Of a stretch of DNA of 64,000 bases, positions 32,601 to 38,600 are shown one piece after another. This DNA comes from a virus. A model generated the notes under the pieces. The model was given only the letters and a program-made list of their open reading frames with translations, did not search any database and was not told where the DNA came from. The stretch is taken from positions 1-64,000 of IMG/VR virus record IMGVR_UViG_3300046387_000246. One strand, written 5' to 3'. How positions within the stretch are numbered: the first letter of the stretch is position 1; each line of letters starts with the position of its first letter. The translations under genes were made by a program, and so were the position numbers.

Positions 32601-35600
32601 TACAGGTGCTTCTTATAGTGGAACTACTGGTATTTGTCAGATTACTAGCAACAATCACGGATTAATTGATGGTGATTATGTCAAACTAAGAGATGGTGCA
32701 TTGACATTTACTTGTGCTGAGGATAGCAATGCAACAAACCATCCTTATCCAAGACACACTGATTTAGCATCTAATAAGTGGTTAAAAGTAACTAACGTCA
32801 CTCAGAATACTTTTGACATTCAAGTACTATTCTCTATCCCATCTACTAACCAAACTGCTCATTTATTTGTTTCTGGTTTAACTGATGGAATCGTTAAGAA
32901 GGACGATACAATTACTGTTAATGTTGGTGCAACTACTGCTGGTAACTACGAGCATAAGTTCTTATATGCAGAACCTGCTGCAATCAAGACTGGTGGTAAT
33001 TACAACCACGTATTTAAGTCAGCGTTGCCATATTCTATTACTAAGTCTAAGGATCCATCATACAGTAATGTATTGACAATCGATGGTGCAACTTCAACTT
33101 CAATCACAGTTAATGTTCTTCCAGCAGTACCTTCTACTAACGAAACATCTCATACATTTATTTCTGCTTCCAATAATGCTATTACTACTGGTGGTCAGTA
33201 TGTTCATAAGTTTATTGAAGCACAACCTGATGGTATTGAATTAGAATCTGGATCAATTACAGTTAATGTTGGTACAACACCTGCTGTATTCTATAGTGTT
33301 GCTGATGCAATCTATGATGGTGAAACAGGTGATATGGAACTTATGGTTGGTGCACACGAACTTCTTGAAGGAACAAGTATCAAGATTCACGATAATGCAT
33401 TGACATTTACTTGTGATATGGATGATCACGCTTCTGAGCACGTTTATCCTCGTTTAACTGACCCTGCTGCAAACACTGCTTTAGTAATGAAGGAAGCAGG
33501 TTCCACTTCTCATACTGTTACTGATGCATCTTACAATACTATAACTGGTGATATGACCTGTACCCTTAATGGTCACGGTCTAAAAACCTCAAGAACACTC
33601 TCTCCAACCTTTGCTAAGTTTGATCCTACAACAGGTGATATGGAAATATATTCAGTTAATCACGGTATTACTGATGGAGAAAGTGTCAAACTTGCTGATG
33701 GTGCTGTTACATTTAGATGTGCTAAAGATCAATTCAGTTCAACTCATCCATATCCAAGATCAAGCGATCCTGCATCTGATCAATTCCTAGTTGTTAAACA
33801 CGCTTCTCAAAATAGATTTACAGTTAACGTTGGTACTGGAGAAACTGGTGGTGCTATCTCTGACCAGAGTGAGCATAGATTCCAAGCATCAGTTCCTAAT
33901 AGTATTACTGTTGCTCCTAATATGGTTAAGTTTGATCAGGATGCTATTACATTCACTTGTACTAAAGATAGTAATGCTACTAACCACGCATACCCAAGAG
34001 CAGATGATCCTGTAGCTGGACATTGGATTCCAATTAAGGCAGTAACTACAAACACATTTACTGTTAATGTTGGTGTTTCAACTGCTGCTGGAAACTATCC
34101 TCACACATTCGTCAGTGCAACTACTGGTGGAATGAAACTACAAACTGGATGGGTTAAGGTTAACGTTGGTTCTACACCTTCTACTGGGTTTGATCCTGCC
34201 ACTGCGAGTTTCAACGCAATCACAGGTATTATGACTCTTGGTTTGGGTAATCATTACTTCAATAGATTTGATAATATTAGAGTACAACCTGAGTCATTAA
34301 TATTCACTTGTGGTTTAGATAACAATGCAACGAATCATCCATATCCTCGTTCTACTCTCATCGAATCTACTCCTAGTGATGTAGATTATAATCCTTCTAC
34401 TGGATACTTAACTATCACACAGAATAATCACGGATTCTCTAATGGTGATTTTGTAAGATTCAAGGAAAACGCATTCACATTTACTTGTGATATGAACGGT
34501 AATGCTGATAATCATTCATATCCTCGTACAACTGATCCAGTTTATGATAAGTGGGTTACAGTTGAGAGTGTTCAAGCAAATACCTTTAATGTATTTGTAG
34601 GTAAGACACCTACTACTGGATTTGAACCATATGCTGTAGATTATAATCCTTCTACTGGATTGATGAAGATGACTATTGGTGAGCATAAGTTTACTACAAG
34701 TCAGAGCATTCGCATCGCTGCGATGTCATTGAACTTCCGTTGTGATCAGGATGGTCAAGCTACAGACCACTTATATCCAAGATCTACTGACCCTCTATAT
34801 CAAACTTCAGTACCTATCTCTGCTGTTGACGATACAAGTATTACTATACAAACTCTTGCATCTGCACCTTCAACTAATATAACCACTCACGTTTGGCAAC
34901 CTCAAGTTGGTATTACTCCTACTGGTATTGATTATGATCCTGTGACTGGAATGATGACAGTTACTTGTTCTAATCACGGATATAACGAAGGAGATATGGT
35001 TAAGTTTGCTGAGAACGGAATTACATTTACTTGTGATAAAGATAGTCACGTTTCTGATCACCCATACCCACGTAAGACAGACCCTGCTTGGGATAAGTGG
35101 TTACCAATTGAAACTGTAACTGGTACAACATTCAGAGTTAAAGTTCTTGACAATGTTCCTTCCACTAATATTTCTACTCATACATTTAAATCTGCTGTTG
35201 CTAATTGTATAACAAGAGCAACTGTTAGAGGTGGTGGTGTTTACAATCATACTACTGTGTCTATTGCTTCTAATAGTATGGAGCATAAGAGAGATCCATT
35301 CTATCAGAGAGGAATCAACATTGATCAGGTTGAAGAGACAACTCATACAGTAACCAATGCTTCATACAGTCCATCATCAGGTGTGATGAGACTTACAATA
35401 CCTAATCATAATTTCACTGCTTCCACATCTCATACTGTAACTGATGCTCTTTATACACCTGCTGACAGTATGTTGAGATTGACTATTGCAGGTCACGGAT
35501 TCAAGGAAGGTGACAGAATTAGAATCGCTGATAATTCTATTACATTTACTTGTGATCAAGATAGTAATACTACTAATCATTCATATCCAAGATCAACTGA

Positions 35601-38600
35601 TCCTGGTAGTGGTGCTTGGTTAGTTGCAACTAAGGTAAGTACAAATCATTTCCACGTTAATGTTGGTAACTTCTTTGGTAGAGGTCCGATTTCTAATCAG
35701 ACAACTCACTCATTTGTATCTGCAACTGCTAATGGTGTAGAGAAAGCAAATGATAAAATCAAGATGGCAGAAAACTCAGTTACATTTACTTGTGCTAAAG
35801 ATGATAATGAAACTCTCCATCCATATCCTAGACAAAATGATCCTGCATACAACGAATATCTACCTATTTCTGATGTAACTACTCACGAGTTTGATGTATT
35901 TGTTGGTCGTGCAAACTTAGATCAGACTGTTCATCAGTTCTACTCTGCAACAGATAACGGAGTTACACATCCTACTGGAAATATTACAATCAACGTTGGT
36001 ATTTCTTCTAACACTACAACTCACAACTACGTTACCACTACTACAACTTACGATATAACTGGAGCGACCTACAGCCCAACTACAGGTGTAATGACGCTGA
36101 CCATTCCTAATCATAAGATGTATGTGGGTGAGTACATTTATCTTGCTGATGGTGCTGTTACCTTTAGTCAAGGTGCTTTACCAAATTCAAATGATGAAGT
36201 AAGTGGAAGAATGATTCGTGTACAAGGTGTAATTTCTGATAACCGCATTCTTATTGTTTACGGAACTAATAGTAATACTGCATCTTGGTCATATCAATCT
36301 GCTACTGCTGGTGCAGTTACTAAACCTAAGATTCTTGGTGGTGGTGTTTACAATCACAAGTATGTTAGTTCTACTGGTATGGCAGTTCGTGGTGGTGGAC
36401 ATTATACTCACCAATTCGAAGGTCCTGCTAAGACAACTGTTACTGACGCTGCATACAATCCTACTTCAGGTGTTATGACTGTTACAGTTCCTAACCACGG
36501 TTGGGAAACTGGAGATGGTGTTATTATCGATGACGATTCTATCGTATTCACTTGCACACAAGATAGTGGTGCTACTGAACATCCATATCCAAGATCAAAG
36601 GATCCTGTAAGTCGTCAGATTCTTACAATTTCAAATGTAACTACTAACACATTTGATGTACAGGTTCTAGCAACCACACCTTCTACAAACACAACTACTC
36701 ATACATTTGTAAGAGCAACTAAGCACGGTATCAGAAGAGCTGCTATTCACACTGGTGGTGCTTATAATCACATCTTTGTTAGTTCTACAAATGATTCTCT
36801 AACATCATATGTTGGTGGTGGTGCTGCTCGTTGTCAAAACGAAGCATCTGCTATTACTACATTAATGAATATTCCTATCAATCTATTTGGTAGTGGATCA
36901 GCTAATCCAAATACTTACATAAGTGGTATTACTAGAACTCTACCGAAGGAGTGGCCACTAACAGGTGAACGTGCAATTCAACGTGATATTTCAATCACAT
37001 ATGATAGTGGATCTGGTGACTGTGCAACTGAAGCATCTACAATTAGTACATTATTTGGATACTTAATTAATGTTATTGACACTGCTTCTAAAGGAAATGG
37101 TAACTACTTTACTAACCAATCAATAACAAGAAACGCACCTGCTCAAACTAATACACTTCTTGCTGGTGGTGGTATTTGCTATAACGTAGTTTCTGCTATG
37201 TCAACATTGGCAGACTTGTTAGAAGATACTCTTGGACAAGCTCCTGAAATGTATCGTCAAACTGCAAGACTACTATTATTGAATGACACATACGTCAGAC
37301 GTGAATCATATTATAAGACAGTACAAACTTACGCAGGTTATAACGGTGACGAAGATTTCGGTGATTCAGTACGTAAAGCATTTATTTATGACTTACTCAC
37401 AGACGGTAATATTGCAACAATCGACTTAGTTAATAGTTGGTTTGATGCCGAGGGTAATTTCATCGCGTATCCTGGCATCTTCAGGACACAATTAATCTTC
37501 CACGCAGACGCTGTTAAAGAAATGTGTGTCAAGATTATTAAACAGAAAGCAGATAATCCTGGTGGATATAACCAAGAGATTCCTTATGAGAATAAGGAGT
37601 ATCGTCCTACTGAGACTGCTGAACACAAATTACATCAACTATATCATATAATTGACGTTGCACTTAACCGTTCTACATTCCCATCAATTTACTTGAAGTT
37701 TAACTTTGATGTTGGTGCTCAGGTTAATCAGAATGGTTCACTTGATGCTCCTGATGGACACAACTTCGAAGCATATGATCGTGTAACTTATACAGTTCTT
37801 GGTACTGCTATTGAAGAATTAGATCGTACAACTTATATCATTCACCCAGACACATCAGAGAATCTAATCTGGTTGGCAGAAGAGATTGATGGTGAGAAAC
37901 TTACCGTACTATCTCCAGGCACACCTGGTCAGACTCACCAATTATCTGTATCTGATGAGACTGGTATCAATAGAGTTCCTACAACTTACGGTACACGTAA
38001 TGTTCCTACACCTATTACTGGTGGTATCAATACTGCTGATATATTCTTCGGTGAAACTTCAGGTGCATATGGTGAAGTTATTAGAATCCAAGACAACTTA
38101 GCAGATATTCTATACGCTGTTAAGTGGATGCCACTCACACGTACAAGTGATCCTGAGACATTTGTTAACGGTGAAGAAGTTGTTAAGACTGGTGCTACTG
38201 GTAACAAAGGAACTATCCTCGCTACAGACAATGCAACATATGTGAAGATTATTATTACTGGTGGAAACATTCAATCTGGTGATGCAATCGAGGGATCTAC
38301 CTCTGGTGCTACAGGTAATATTGGATCTGATATTCACGATCGCTTATTGATCAACATCAAGCAAGGTGATTTCATTGCTACTGATATACTTTATGCTAAG
38401 AATGCTACAAGTAAGGCAGAAGCATTGATAGTACGTAATAACGATGGTGCTCTACTTGATAACCAATCTGGACGTGTCACATTTGACATTGAATCTGTTA
38501 AAGGTCAATTCAATAGTGGCGATGTTATCTACGGTTCTGTTACTGATCAAATCATCGAGATTGAAGGATTTAATATCCTTCCTGGATTTGGAGAATATAT

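Noticed and set aside
30260-36810. Nested repeats as an assembly artefact
   Set aside because: Copies are strongly diverged at DNA level, the frame is intact and the nesting is balanced.
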